Shown here: positions 8,609 through 19,340 of the stretch, in pieces
How the letters are laid out: every line of letters starts with the position of its first letter
Position numbering within the stretch: position 1 is the stretch's first letter
IMG/VR virus record: IMGVR_UViG_3300025032_000461
Reading direction: 5' to 3' (one strand)
Origin: an uncultured virus (IMG/VR IMGVR_UViG_3300025032_000461)
Lineage: Duplodnaviria; Heunggongvirae; Uroviricota; Caudoviricetes
Length of the DNA: 57,273 bases
Translations under genes and position numbers: made by a program
Notes under the pieces: model-generated
Told to the model about the DNA's origin: nothing
The model's input: only the letters and a program-made list of their open reading frames with translations
Database searches by the model: none

Positions 8609-10735
8609 ATGTCACAACACATTGAAAGATTTGGTAAAAATATTATTCTTAAATTAAACTTAGAAGGTTTTGACAGTCTAGATTTAAAGAACAAGCAGCT
8701 TACCTATCATCTTTCCCAAGCTGGACTTTATGGAAGAAATATTATTTTTGAACAAAATTACAAACATAATATTGTTATTAAGAATACTTTGGAGCTTATG
8801 TATAGGCAAATCACAGAGAGCAATCATAATATTATTAAAACAGAAATTTTTGAAAATTTCACATTATACTTAAAAAACTTTTGGTTTAATGCAGGAATAT
8901 ATAACTCTTTTAGCAATAAACTAATTGATGTTACATTCTCACAAGATGATTTTAAGGAGTTACTATTAGCTGCAAAATTAAAACTAAATGACAGTAATGT
9001 AAAAATTGTACTGCAGGTGTTTTTTACCCCTGATTTTGTTAAACAGTATAAAAAAATCCAAGAAGATGGAGTTGATGTTATCGCTAATTATGGTGGTAAT
9101 TTTTATGATGGATTAACTAACACAGAAGTTAAATGTTACCGTATGTCTATTTATGAAAAAACTGAAGATTCTCCACAATTTGGATTTAATTCAAAACTTA
9201 GCATAAAAAAAACAAGTCGAGTTATTAAGCCAAGCAATTCACTTTACAATAAAAGCTTATTAGGTCTTGCCGAAAGCACAATTAAAATACTGAATATGGA
9301 AATGGAGACAGAAGATTTTATTTCAAGTTCGGAAGAAGATAAGAGTAAGTTGTTAGCATTCCTAGATGATGTTAGAGTTTTATTTAATAATAATGAAAGC
9401 AAAAACATTTATTACATTCATGAAGATATTATTTTTGAAAACGGTCTTTATGGAAACTACATTAAAAAGATCATTGAACATCTTGAATTTGCATTAGATT
9501 ACACCGAGAATCAAGAACAAGAAAATTCAATATCATCATTAATTACATTTTACAAAACAGGAAAAGCAGAAGATTTTGATAAGCATTCTCTTTCTTGGAT
9601 CAAAGATACAGAAAGTCGTGTTTTTTTCATTAACGGCCTTATTGAATCTTATGATGATCCAAAGGGAGTTGCCTGTTCGTTCGAAAGTATTGTTGCATTC
9701 AAAAATCTTGAACAAACTAAAAAAGCGAATAACATTACTAATAACATTCAATGGTTTGAAGATAACCTACCTGTATCTTCTGAATTTAAGAAAACAGAAG
9801 CTATTGGTTTATCAGCAAGCTCGATCACCACAGTAAGCATGTCTGGTGATTCTTCACCCGCATTACCACTTGGTGTTTGTTTACCGAACAGTGACTGGAT
9901 CAGAGCTAAGCATGGTTCTAAATCTGTTAATTTAGCCAATGTTCATAATGCTCGTGGAGAATCAGAAGGGGATATTAAAAAGGCTTTCTTTTTACCTGAA
10001 TATCTTAATAATATTAAAAAGTATGGATCTATTGCTAGTTCACTACATACTGACCTTCATGAGATTGCTGGACATGGTTCTTGCAAAAATTTACCAGACG
10101 TCAGCAATAGTTCTCTTGATATTTATTATTCTGTAATTGAAGAGACTCGTGCAGATCTTGTGGGATTATATTTTATTAACTCACCAAAATTAATTGAGTT
10201 TGATGTTATTAATGCTGATACAGATCTTATTGCCTTTGGCGAAACGCAATATATTAACTACATTAGCAATGGTGCATTATTACAGCTTAAAAGAGTTGAG
10301 CTAGGTAAAACTCTTGCACAGCCTCATTTACGTAACAGACAACTTATTTCACAATGGATTCTTGAAAAAGCAAAAGAAAGCCGATGTGTTGAGCTAGTTA
10401 ATATTAATGAAGAAACATTTGTCAAGCTTAATGATTTTGAGCAGTTACGCACATTATTTGGTGAGTTACTGAGTGAAATTCAACGTATTAAATCCACTGG
10501 TGATTTTAGCGCTGCTAAGGCAATTGTTGAAAAATATGGAACGCAAATTAATTATGAATTGCATTCTGAAATTTTATCTCGCTTTGAAAAACTAGATACA
10601 CCTAATAGCACTGGGTTTCTAACTCCTTTATTTTATCCTGTTTTTGATAGAAATGGTAATCTATCCAACTATCACATTCATCACAAAGGTAGTTTTATTG
10701 AAGATCAATTATATTTATCCGATAAATATAGCTAA
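8609..10735 (+). CDS. Dipeptidyl peptidase III (peptidase family M49)
   Basis: HEIAGH hexapeptide Zn motif, EETRAD, FINGLIESYDDPKG, LPNSDWIRAKHGSKSVNLAN and QPHLRNRQLI. Start placed at ATG 8609 after AAGGA. Confidence 0.92.
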   Translation: MSQHIERFGKNIILKLNLEGFDSLDLKNKQLTYHLSQAGLYGRNIIFEQNYKHNIVIKNTLELMYRQITESNHNIIKTEIFENFTLYLKNFWFNAGIYNSFSNKLIDVTFSQDDFKELLLAAKLKLNDSNVKIVLQVFFTPDFVKQYKKIQEDGVDVIANYGGNFYDGLTNTEVKCYRMSIYEKTEDSPQFGFNSKLSIKKTSRVIKPSNSLYNKSLLGLAESTIKILNMEMETEDFISSSEEDKSKLLAFLDDVRVLFNNNESKNIYYIHEDIIFENGLYGNYIKKIIEHLEFALDYTENQEQENSISSLITFYKTGKAEDFDKHSLSWIKDTESRVFFINGLIESYDDPKGVACSFESIVAFKNLEQTKKANNITNNIQWFEDNLPVSSEFKKTEAIGLSASSITTVSMSGDSSPALPLGVCLPNSDWIRAKHGSKSVNLANVHNARGESEGDIKKAFFLPEYLNNIKKYGSIASSLHTDLHEIAGHGSCKNLPDVSNSSLDIYYSVIEETRADLVGLYFINSPKLIEFDVINADTDLIAFGETQYINYISNGALLQLKRVELGKTLAQPHLRNRQLISQWILEKAKESRCVELVNINEETFVKLNDFEQLRTLFGELLSEIQRIKSTGDFSAAKAIVEKYGTQINYELHSEILSRFEKLDTPNSTGFLTPLFYPVFDRNGNLSNYHIHHKGSFIEDQLYLSDKYS

Positions 10736-10747
10736 TTAATTTAATGT

Positions 10748-10782
10748 AAAAAAGGCACCTAATATTATTAAGTGCTTTTTTT
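10748..10782. terminator. Bidirectional intrinsic terminator
   Basis: AAAAAAGGCAC...GTGCTTTTTT between convergent genes. Confidence 0.7.
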
Positions 10783-10788
10783 ATATTA

Positions 10789-11445
10789 CTAATTTGTTAT
10801 TTCCTCTAAGTATTTTTCTTTATTTTCTCTGATCACGATTTTATAAATTGTTTGTGTATCAATAATAAACCAAATAAATAAAATCAATCCTGTAATAATT
10901 AGAAATGAAGACATTGATAAAAAAAACATTATAACACCAGACACAGGTTTATTAAGGTAAAATCTATGAACGCCTAATGTACCAAAGAACATGCATAACA
11001 TATATGTTATGAATACACTTTTTAATTTTTTTTGATTTTTTAATTTAATAATACTATTTTTCTCTTTTTCATATTTCTTTTCTATTATATTTAAGTCATA
11101 CATCCACCAAGAAAGATTAATAATTATCGAAAATAAGGCCAATAAACCTAAACCTATTGGTATCACCTCTAACACTGCTGCTGCACTTACTATACCACCA
11201 TTATTTGCCATTTCCTGTATACTATCTACTCCTGACCTTAATGAGGATATATTATTAATTATTTCAAACCCGAATAACACACTAGCAACAATAAATAATG
11301 TTATTGACAAAGGGAATATAATCATCTGAAAATAATTTTTAGTTCCCCAATGATGCCCTCCTATAAAACCAAAATAAAGCCATTTCCTTATAGCTTGCTC
11401 TTCGTTATTAAATATTCGTAATATTAACTCTTTATTACTTTTCAA
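10789..11445 (-). CDS. TM2-domain membrane protein (two TM2-like units)
   Basis: YMLCMFFGTLGVHRFYLNKP motif, a degenerate N-terminal FGFIGGHHW unit and several TM helices. Confidence 0.8.
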   Translation of the reverse strand: MKSNKELILRIFNNEEQAIRKWLYFGFIGGHHWGTKNYFQMIIFPLSITLFIVASVLFGFEIINNISSLRSGVDSIQEMANNGGIVSAAAVLEVIPIGLGLLALFSIIINLSWWMYDLNIIEKKYEKEKNSIIKLKNQKKLKSVFITYMLCMFFGTLGVHRFYLNKPVSGVIMFFLSMSSFLIITGLILFIWFIIDTQTIYKIVIRENKEKYLEEITN

Positions 11446-11736
11446 TTTGTATTCCTTTTTTTACCAATTTTAACTATGTCTTATTATTAAATTAATACAA
11501 GTAAATTGATATCAAAAGTATGATAACAAAAAAACCCGAAAACCATACTGGGTTTCTATCTTGGTCAATAAACATTATTTTTCTCCACTTTTATATTATA
11601 ATATAATTACAATGTATTTTAAAAAAATAAAAAATCAATAGTTTTTTAAAAAAAACTGAGTACTTACTCTAATATATAATTATTGTTTTCTATTAAATCG
11701 CGATATAATGATATTATAATAAAGGAATGTTATTTA

Positions 11737-12534
11737 ATGATAAAACAAAACAAAACAAAAATACTTCAACTTACAGATCTTCACTTAGAAAGAAATGTTC
11801 TTAATGATGACTTTGGACAATTTAATCACTTACTTTATAATAAAGTAGCCGACATTATTGTTCTTACAGGTGATATCAATAATGGTATTGCGGCAATCCA
11901 CCTTATTAAAGCACTCATTAAGGCCGAATATAAAGTTATTTACGTTTTAGGAAATGGGGAATTCTATCATTTCGACATTCATGAATTAATTGAAAAGTGG
12001 AGAATAATTGCTTCTACATTAGATAACTTTTATTTTCTTGAAGGTAATAGTGTTATCATAAATGATATTGAGTTTTTCGGCTCTTGTCTCTGGACTTCTG
12101 TAGGCACAAATAGTAGTGCTGAATTGGTATCGAAGATGAACATTGAATCACTTTCTAATGTTCATAAATTTAATGTTACGAAAAATTTTAATTGCGAAAA
12201 AATGAAGAATATGCATTTTAATTCTATTGAAAAATTAAAAACACTTATTAATAATAGTTTATTAAAAAAGAAAGTGGCATTAAGCCACTATCTACCTTCT
12301 TTTAAAAGTGTTGATCCACGCTATTTACACTCTAATATAAATAATATTTTTGCTTCCAATATTGATCCTTTTTTCTTTTCAGAACAAGCTGGAATACAGT
12401 TTTGGTTTCACGGACACACACACTCAAAAGTTAAATATTCAATTAATAACACCACTATTATTTGTAATCCTTATGGAAGACAAGATGATAATAATTTACA
12501 TTATGATCTCAATGAGGGAATTATTGAACTATAA
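11737..12534 (+). CDS. Calcineurin-like metallophosphoesterase
   Basis: DLH, GD, GN(G)E, SH and HGHTH motifs plus CNPYG. Start placed at ATG 11737 after AAGGA. Confidence 0.88.
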   Translation: MIKQNKTKILQLTDLHLERNVLNDDFGQFNHLLYNKVADIIVLTGDINNGIAAIHLIKALIKAEYKVIYVLGNGEFYHFDIHELIEKWRIIASTLDNFYFLEGNSVIINDIEFFGSCLWTSVGTNSSAELVSKMNIESLSNVHKFNVTKNFNCEKMKNMHFNSIEKLKTLINNSLLKKKVALSHYLPSFKSVDPRYLHSNINNIFASNIDPFFFSEQAGIQFWFHGHTHSKVKYSINNTTIICNPYGRQDDNNLHYDLNEGIIEL

Positions 12535-12536
12535 TA

Positions 12537-12803
12537 TTATTGTCTTGCAAAAAGCTTATTTTTTCTTACATAAGCTTCTAAATCAGTATAACCACCAATT
12601 AATTTATCATCAAGAATTATTTGTGGCAACGTAGAAATTTCTTTCCCCAATTTCTCACCCAATGTTTCTTTTGTAAAGCCTTCATCTTCATAATCAAAAT
12701 ATTCAAAAGAAAAATCCTTTCGAATGTCATTTAGTTGAGATGCTAATAGTTTGGCTTTATCACAAAATGGACAATCTTTTTTACCATATATCGTTAATTT
12801 CAT
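12537..12803 (-). CDS. grxA: Glutaredoxin (GrxA-like)
   Basis: CPFC active site, TLPQI, IGGYTDL. GAGGA RBS before MKLTIYG. Confidence 0.9.
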   Translation of the reverse strand: MKLTIYGKKDCPFCDKAKLLASQLNDIRKDFSFEYFDYEDEGFTKETLGEKLGKEISTLPQIILDDKLIGGYTDLEAYVRKNKLFARQ

Positions 12804-12882
12804 TTTTTTTCCTCGTTTTTTTATATTTTTATAAGTCAAGACAATTATACTTTACCAACTTATATACTTAATACAATAGTTG

Positions 12883-13272
12883 TTAATTTATTCTACTATA
12901 AATTTTTTCAAGTTTTTCTCTCAATGTTGCGCCCGTAAATGGTTTTACTACATAACCATTCACGCCTGCTTGAGCTGCGGCTATAATTTGCTCTCGCTTT
13001 GATTCAGCCGTCACCATTAATACAGGTATATGAGATAGCGCTGGATTAGCTCTAATTGCTTTTAGTAAATCAATTCCCTGCATTACTGGCATATTCCAAT
13101 CTGTTATTACTAGATCATAATTTCCTTTTTTTAGCATAGGTAATGCTGTTACTCCGTCATCTGCCTCATCTATATTTGAAAAACCTATTTCTTTTAATAA
13201 ATTCTTTTCAATTCTTCTCATTGTTGAAAAATCATCCACAAGCAATATTTTTATATTCTTATCCAACGCCAT
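12883..13272 (-). CDS. cheY: Chemotaxis response regulator CheY (orphan)
   Basis: [32 protein letters not shown] and [11 protein letters not shown], very close to gammaproteobacterial CheY. Confidence 0.93.
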   Translation of the reverse strand: MALDKNIKILLVDDFSTMRRIEKNLLKEIGFSNIDEADDGVTALPMLKKGNYDLVITDWNMPVMQGIDLLKAIRANPALSHIPVLMVTAESKREQIIAAAQAGVNGYVVKPFTGATLREKLEKIYSRIN

Positions 13273-13588
13273 AATATTTTTTTTCTTCTCCATTTTTAGA
13301 ATATCTTTTAATTTAATTTACTCTTTCTTTACAACAGGAAATATTATAAAAACTTCTTTTACAAAATAATAACATTTTTACTAACTTATTAACATAAGTT
13401 GAATATTTTTTTCAGTAAATCGTCATTATATTATAAAGTTTTATTATAATTAGTCAATACATTAATTATAAATAAGCACTATCATTTCAATTCCATTATA
13501 CATTAAAGTTATTATTATTTTTTTAATATGCTATAATACATAATATATATAATGTAAAATATAATAAAAAATAGAGGAAATCTAAATA

Positions 13589-14239
13589 ATGAAAACAATA
13601 GAAGATATTCTTATTGAAAAAAATGAATTAAAAGGAATTTGTTATCACAGCACCTTCACTAATATTGAAAATTTATCAACAGAATATAGTCCATTTGGAC
13701 TACACATTGGCACAAAAGACAGTGCAATGAATCGAATCGGTGTAAAAATAGAGGAATCAAGAAGAATAGGTATCCCATTACCTGATAATGGTGAGAACCC
13801 ATATTTACTTCAAGTTAAAATAACAGCCAATAATCCTCTTATATTGAAAGAAAATAGGACTGGAGGATGGACACCATTTGATGTCTTACGTGCTGTTATG
13901 GATCAACATGAGAGCATTGGCGTCAAAGGCTTTAACGAAGAAGATATCGAATTATATTATGAGGATGCAATAGAGCATAATGGAGTAAAACTTGTTGATT
14001 TAGATGTTGAAGATTATGGTGGTGAAAGCTATAATACTGAAGTTAAGGAATCTAGATTTATTAGAGATTGGATTGAAAGTAAGGGGTATGATTCAATACT
14101 ATATAACAATGAATTTGAAGGAGGAGGACACAGTATTATTGTTCTTAGAGATGAACAAGTTGAAGTCGTTAATAAAACTCAGCTCAACCCAGAATTTAAA
14201 CCAAAACAAAGATCATATACCACTAAAAACAAAGGATAG
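13589..14239 (+). CDS. Putative ADP-ribosyltransferase-fold protein (ART-PolyVal-like)
   Basis: YHST...GLHIGT..A..R...NPL...GYDSILYNNEFEG...IV....QV pattern; basic C-terminal tail. Confidence 0.55.
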   Translation: MKTIEDILIEKNELKGICYHSTFTNIENLSTEYSPFGLHIGTKDSAMNRIGVKIEESRRIGIPLPDNGENPYLLQVKITANNPLILKENRTGGWTPFDVLRAVMDQHESIGVKGFNEEDIELYYEDAIEHNGVKLVDLDVEDYGGESYNTEVKESRFIRDWIESKGYDSILYNNEFEGGGHSIIVLRDEQVEVVNKTQLNPEFKPKQRSYTTKNKG

Positions 14240-14245
14240 TAAATA

Positions 14246-15235
14246 ATGAAAATTCACCAATTAACACTGAATGATGTTGTTTCGTCAACCGTCATAACCG
14301 AACATAATTCTTTCCAATTTAATCAAAAAAATGTGCCAAGAAGCATTGAATTTTGCATCGATATTGATAAATGGAATGAAAGCCTTAAAGAAGATCCTGC
14401 ACTTGAAGAGTTTTTTGAAGATTACGAAGACAGTATTTTAGGTGTTGCTGCCAACACTTTTGAGAACTGCGAATACCAATCAAACATTTTTACAGCAACA
14501 ATAACGATTGAAGATAAGAAAGGAGATTACTCTCCAGAAGACCTAACTGAGCTACTTAATGCAATTAATACTGAAGTACAGAATGTTATTGATAAATCAT
14601 TGGGTGCTAATTTAGAACACTTTATTTCTAGAAAACAAGAAGAAAAAGAACACGATATTATTATTGATAATTACAATGATATTAACAAAATTTTATTTAA
14701 AGCAATAATCGAAAGTGAATCACCTTTAAATCAAAACTTAATAACAAAATCTTCTAATATTGAAAGAAATATTGACTTACGAGCTGAATATAAAAATTAC
14801 TTAAATGATTTTTCGTTTGAGGTTAGTCGCAATAAAGACGCAAGAAGCTTAGTTATTGAAACTATCCAAAAATCAGATATAGTTGAGTCAGTAAGGGTGT
14901 TACCTAACTCTTATCGCGCTGTCATCACCTTAAATGACATTGGAGATAAGTTACTCAATAATTATATTCAACAAGCCAACAAAGACTTTTACGGAAAACC
15001 TTATCATGCAGAACAATCAGATTGTAAATTTATTACAAAAGGCAGTGATGGTAAAGGCAGCAAGGTTGATGCTTGGTTAAATAAAGATAACTCTATTCGA
15101 ATTGTTAGTGATTCAAGCACTTATAATACAACACTCAATAATTTAGACTTAAAAAACAATATTGGTTATTACGTAAAATTAGCAATTGATGAAACTAAAT
15201 TAAACTCAGTAAATAATAGACGAAATAAACCTTAA
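14246..15235 (+). CDS. Hypothetical acidic protein with basic C-terminal tail
   Basis: 329-aa ORF coupled to the upstream gene; ends NNRRNKP. Confidence 0.7.
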   Translation: MKIHQLTLNDVVSSTVITEHNSFQFNQKNVPRSIEFCIDIDKWNESLKEDPALEEFFEDYEDSILGVAANTFENCEYQSNIFTATITIEDKKGDYSPEDLTELLNAINTEVQNVIDKSLGANLEHFISRKQEEKEHDIIIDNYNDINKILFKAIIESESPLNQNLITKSSNIERNIDLRAEYKNYLNDFSFEVSRNKDARSLVIETIQKSDIVESVRVLPNSYRAVITLNDIGDKLLNNYIQQANKDFYGKPYHAEQSDCKFITKGSDGKGSKVDAWLNKDNSIRIVSDSSTYNTTLNNLDLKNNIGYYVKLAIDETKLNSVNNRRNKP

Positions 15236-15249
15236 TATTTTTTTTCTTA

Positions 15250-15287
15250 AAAAAATAGATCTAATTATTTAGATCTATTTTTTTTTA
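15250..15287. terminator. Bidirectional intrinsic terminator
   Basis: AAAAAATAGATCTAA-ttat-TTAGATCTATTTTTT. Confidence 0.8.
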
Positions 15288-15314
15288 GATATTTTTTTAA
15301 TAATAACAATTATT

Positions 15315-16073
15315 CTAAAGTTGTTTAAAATCCAAAATATTAGATTTTGCATAATCAAATACTTCTTGAATTTCTTTTGTTAACTCAGTATTTAACTCTA
15401 TCACTAATGTATTTAATTTAGAACCAATTACAGCGTCAATATACTCTTTCATTTGAATGAGATCAGATCCAGTTGTATAAACATACACACCATATCCACC
15501 AGCATTATGAAATTCATTAAATACATTAATTAATTCACTTTTATCAAACATTCTTAAGTTAACTACTGTTGACAATTCTAGTTTATTTTCATTATAAAAA
15601 TCCTTTGTTTTTTTCTCAATCATTGGATCGTTTTCTAAATTAATTAATGTCGGATTTTTAGCAATAGAGATATTAGTCGTTTTCTCTTCTTTTGAACCGA
15701 TGTATCTAATGATTGTATGAGTCTTATCATTAAATCTATGATACCCGCCATTCATGTTTACGAATACTTTGTTTCCATTAGCTATCATTCTCAACATATC
15801 TGTTTCTTTTGCATTCAAAATTAATGAGGCTTCAATAATAGGTGAGCTTCCTTTTGCTTTTGCAATACTTGTGCTAAATCCTAGTAATCCATAAATATGA
15901 TCCCATTGATATGTTGGCATCTTACTTTTTACAGCAGCACTAAAATCAGATAAAAGTTTATCTTCCTCACGTTTAAAAAAATCACAAAAATCAGATTCAT
16001 TCTCTAAAATAAATCCTTTATCAGTAATTCCTTTTGGAAAAAAAGTTGCATACACTTCTACTTGTTTTAACAT
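15315..16073 (-). CDS. Hypothetical protein
   Basis: 252-aa ORF with GAGGT RBS. Confidence 0.75.
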   Translation of the reverse strand: MLKQVEVYATFFPKGITDKGFILENESDFCDFFKREEDKLLSDFSAAVKSKMPTYQWDHIYGLLGFSTSIAKAKGSSPIIEASLILNAKETDMLRMIANGNKVFVNMNGGYHRFNDKTHTIIRYIGSKEEKTTNISIAKNPTLINLENDPMIEKKTKDFYNENKLELSTVVNLRMFDKSELINVFNEFHNAGGYGVYVYTTGSDLIQMKEYIDAVIGSKLNTLVIELNTELTKEIQEVFDYAKSNILDFKQL

Positions 16074-16173
16074 TATTATTACCTCACATATCTATTGAGT
16101 AGATATTATAACATCTTAAAATCTTAAAGTAAATATTTTTAAAAGCACTGCTTTTCCTGCATCTACAATTTAC

Positions 16174-16773
16174 TTAAAAACCAGTAATGTTATTAATTAA
16201 CAACACCTTATTAATATTATTTGTCATTGAGATAGCTAATTTTTGATAATAATTTTCTGTCAAAGCCACTGTATGTAATTCTTCTATAAGTATCGGATTG
16301 TTAATAAAAAAATACTCAATCCCACATTTAAGGACTTCAGATATACTTAACAACACTTCTATCAACTCTATATTATTTTTATCAAACTCGTACTTTTCCG
16401 AACTCAACAATAATGGCATTATAATCTCTGACTCTAAATGGTATGAGTCGTGCAATTCTTCCATAATAACGCTCAAATATTTTGAACTTATTTTATTCGA
16501 TTTTTCAAAAAAATAAATAAATTTATCTTCACTCAATCCTTTTTCCGAGACATAAACTAACTCTTCCATCGTTTCCTCATTAGATAACATAAGATTATCA
16601 CAAACCTCCCTTACCAAATCCATTTCCAAAGAATAAACAATCGAGTGTATCGCAAACTTATATTCCGCTTGCTTATCTTCTTTAAGTCCCTTAATTTCTT
16701 TTACTAAGTCTTGCACATTTTTACTTAAAAAAATATCATCTTGATAATATTCTCTTATTTTTGCTGCAAACAT
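16174..16773 (-). CDS. Hypothetical helical protein ('I..F' C-terminal class)
   Basis: Paralog-like to 16805-17482 (FIYFF.K, IEY.FI.N); ends NNITGF. Confidence 0.7.
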   Translation of the reverse strand: MFAAKIREYYQDDIFLSKNVQDLVKEIKGLKEDKQAEYKFAIHSIVYSLEMDLVREVCDNLMLSNEETMEELVYVSEKGLSEDKFIYFFEKSNKISSKYLSVIMEELHDSYHLESEIIMPLLLSSEKYEFDKNNIELIEVLLSISEVLKCGIEYFFINNPILIEELHTVALTENYYQKLAISMTNNINKVLLINNITGF

Positions 16774-16804
16774 AATTTATCCTTCATTTTTATTTTCATT
16801 TTTA

Positions 16805-17482
16805 CTAAAAATCACTTATATTGATTTTTAATTTAATTTTATTATATAATAATATGGCCTCTTTTTCATAAAATGTCGTAAAATTTTCCTCTCCAACCTT
16901 ACTAAATAATAACAATACATTCTTGTTATCAATAAATACATATTCTATTTCAATATCTTTATTAATCCAAAACAGTATATCTATTAGTTCTTGAGATTCC
17001 TCAACATCAAGGTCTTTTATATTTTTTAAATGTTTTGACTTTAATATGAAATGAATTATTTTATCATTATTTTGCTGAAAATTGTACGTCAGTAGTTTAT
17101 TTAAATTTTTTATCTCTATTGATTTTATTTTTTTAAAAAAATAAATAAATAACTCGACATTTACTTTCTTTACAGATATATTGATTAACACTTCCATTAA
17201 TTCAGCTTGATTTACTTCTAGTGAGTTGCAAATCTCAATAATATCAATATTACTCTTTATACTTATGATGATTAATAGCACTTCTCTGTAAACACTTACA
17301 TTATGCTTATTGGTACATGAAAATTCCTGATATTCCTTTTTTCTCAATACCCTCATCTCATTAATAATATCAATATTACTTTTTTCTAAAAAACCATTTC
17401 CACAATATTCTTCTTTTAAATTAGTAATAAAATCTCTTTTTTGCACCACTGAGCTTAAAAATTTACCCTTATTTTCAATCAT
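16805..17482 (-). CDS. Hypothetical helical protein ('I..F' C-terminal class)
   Basis: Paralog-like to 16174-16773; ends INISDF. Confidence 0.7.
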   Translation of the reverse strand: MIENKGKFLSSVVQKRDFITNLKEEYCGNGFLEKSNIDIINEMRVLRKKEYQEFSCTNKHNVSVYREVLLIIISIKSNIDIIEICNSLEVNQAELMEVLINISVKKVNVELFIYFFKKIKSIEIKNLNKLLTYNFQQNNDKIIHFILKSKHLKNIKDLDVEESQELIDILFWINKDIEIEYVFIDNKNVLLLFSKVGEENFTTFYEKEAILLYNKIKLKINISDF

Positions 17483-18159
17483 TATACAAAACCCTCAATA
17501 TTATACACTAGCTTTTCTTTCTTTATTTCCTCAAAAACATATTTATTAACTTGTTCATTACTTAATTTGAACATAATTTTTCTTGCATTTTCTTTTTCAG
17601 CTAGTATATTGACGATTTCAATTATCTTTCCAATTCTCAATAATACCATCTCTTCTGAAAATGAATAACCCTTCTTTTGGTTGTCAGAAATTTTAAATGC
17701 CATTAAGTACATATTTATTGTGCTATCCGTTGTAGCTAATATTTCTATAATTAATTTAGATGATATTTCTTTATCAACTTCAATATCTAGTTTATTAATT
17801 AATAGTTTTTTTTTTCCAGTTGTGATTTTTCTAAAACCATCATTACTAAGGATAAGCAAGAATAAATCCCCACTAATAGCCTTTATCTTATCTAGATAAA
17901 TATCTAAAATATCATGTATTTTTTTCCACGCATCATATTGGAAGTCAGTTATTGGCAACAACATTATATTTAAAATAAAAGTAATTACATTTTCTTCTGT
18001 ATATTTACAAACTTTTTGCATTAAAAACACCATTCTTGGCTCTCTAAAATATATTATTTTCTTTAATAACTCCTTTCTACTTAATTCATCCAGATCTTTA
18101 ACGAGAGCATTTAATTGCACCACATTAGTTATACTATCTATGTCTATTTGATTAATCAT
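17482..18159 (-). CDS. Hypothetical helical protein ('I..F' C-terminal class)
   Basis: Stop/start overlap with the next gene; ends YNIEGFV. Confidence 0.7.
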   Translation of the reverse strand: MINQIDIDSITNVVQLNALVKDLDELSRKELLKKIIYFREPRMVFLMQKVCKYTEENVITFILNIMLLPITDFQYDAWKKIHDILDIYLDKIKAISGDLFLLILSNDGFRKITTGKKKLLINKLDIEVDKEISSKLIIEILATTDSTINMYLMAFKISDNQKKGYSFSEEMVLLRIGKIIEIVNILAEKENARKIMFKLSNEQVNKYVFEEIKKEKLVYNIEGFV

Positions 18160-18325
18160 TTATATGCCCTTATCTGTTAATAAGTTAATAAGTTAATAAA
18201 ACACTCTCATTAATGTGCCATATTTTACATTAATTCTCTTTGTAAGTCAATTTTTATGTAAATAAATTGACTTTTTTTTCTTAAAATGATAAATTATATT
18301 AATACTACAAAAAAAGGATACTAAG

Positions 18326-19204
18326 TTGAAAAAAATCATTATAGCAAGCACCATTGCACTAATTTTATCTGGTGTTGTAGGACACCATATTTATTTAAAT
18401 CATAAAGTTAAAAGCAAAATTAATGCATATGTTTTAGAAGCTAATAGTTTAGGATTAGGTAAATTAACCATTGGTGATTATGGCATTGATATTAATAAGA
18501 ATATTTTTATAAATGACTTATCCTTTGTGGAAAATAATTCTCAAAGTCAAATTAAAGCTGATCTAATTATTACAGATATTGATTTAAAAAATAAAAAACC
18601 AGAACATTTAAGTTTGGAATTAAAAAATCTAAATTATGATATTGAAAAAGTAGCCAAATATAATTCCGTCATCTCATCATTAATGAAAAGCAAGGAATTT
18701 AACGGAACAATCAACAGCAATATGAAAGTAGACTACAAATATAATGAGAAAGAAAACAACTCTTTTAAATTAAATTTTTCAGAAACAGCACAAAATATTG
18801 GTAGTGTTAAATTCTCAGTAGGATTTGAAAATTTCTTTTTTAATGAAAACCAAGAAATAGTGCCAGACAAAACTGTGCTAACTAATGCTTCACTGGAATA
18901 CATTGACGATGGCATATCGGAAGAATTATTTACAGTTATGCTTAATATGCAGAGAACATACAAAACAAAAGAAGACTTCACCAAACATCTTGTCGGCTTT
19001 TTTGAGAGATACAAAAATCTATCAAAATCTTATCAACCTCAATATGATGAGATTATTCATTTTGTCAAAAATAAAAAAGGTTTAAAAATATCTATATCTC
19101 CACAAAAAATGGATATCAATTCACTCGAAATGAGTTCAAAAAAAGTTTTGTCTAATGAAGATGAGTTATTTAAATTACTTAACTTGCAATTTAAATCTCA
19201 GTAA
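18326..19204 (+). CDS. Exported or membrane-anchored hypothetical protein
   Basis: AAGGA RBS, TTG start, N-terminal hydrophobic anchor, upstream TTGACT promoter. Confidence 0.7.
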   Translation: MKKIIIASTIALILSGVVGHHIYLNHKVKSKINAYVLEANSLGLGKLTIGDYGIDINKNIFINDLSFVENNSQSQIKADLIITDIDLKNKKPEHLSLELKNLNYDIEKVAKYNSVISSLMKSKEFNGTINSNMKVDYKYNEKENNSFKLNFSETAQNIGSVKFSVGFENFFFNENQEIVPDKTVLTNASLEYIDDGISEELFTVMLNMQRTYKTKEDFTKHLVGFFERYKNLSKSYQPQYDEIIHFVKNKKGLKISISPQKMDINSLEMSSKKVLSNEDELFKLLNLQFKSQ

Positions 19205-19226
19205 AATATTTTATTTATTCTAATAT

Positions 19227-19256
19227 AAGGTGCAATTATTTTGCACCTTTTTTTTA
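19227..19256 (+). terminator. Intrinsic terminator
   Basis: AAGGTGCAA-ttatt-TTGCACCTT followed by a T-run. Confidence 0.85.
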
Positions 19257-19340
19257 CAACAAACAATAATATTTCTTTTACTATTTTATAAATAAATATG
19301 ATATACTGTTATTAATTAAAATATAATATTAGGAATAAAC

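Noticed and set aside
9200..9415. Intein or intron in DPP III
   Set aside because: The insertion is in frame and lacks the C/S start, the HN-C/S/T end and any splicing motifs.
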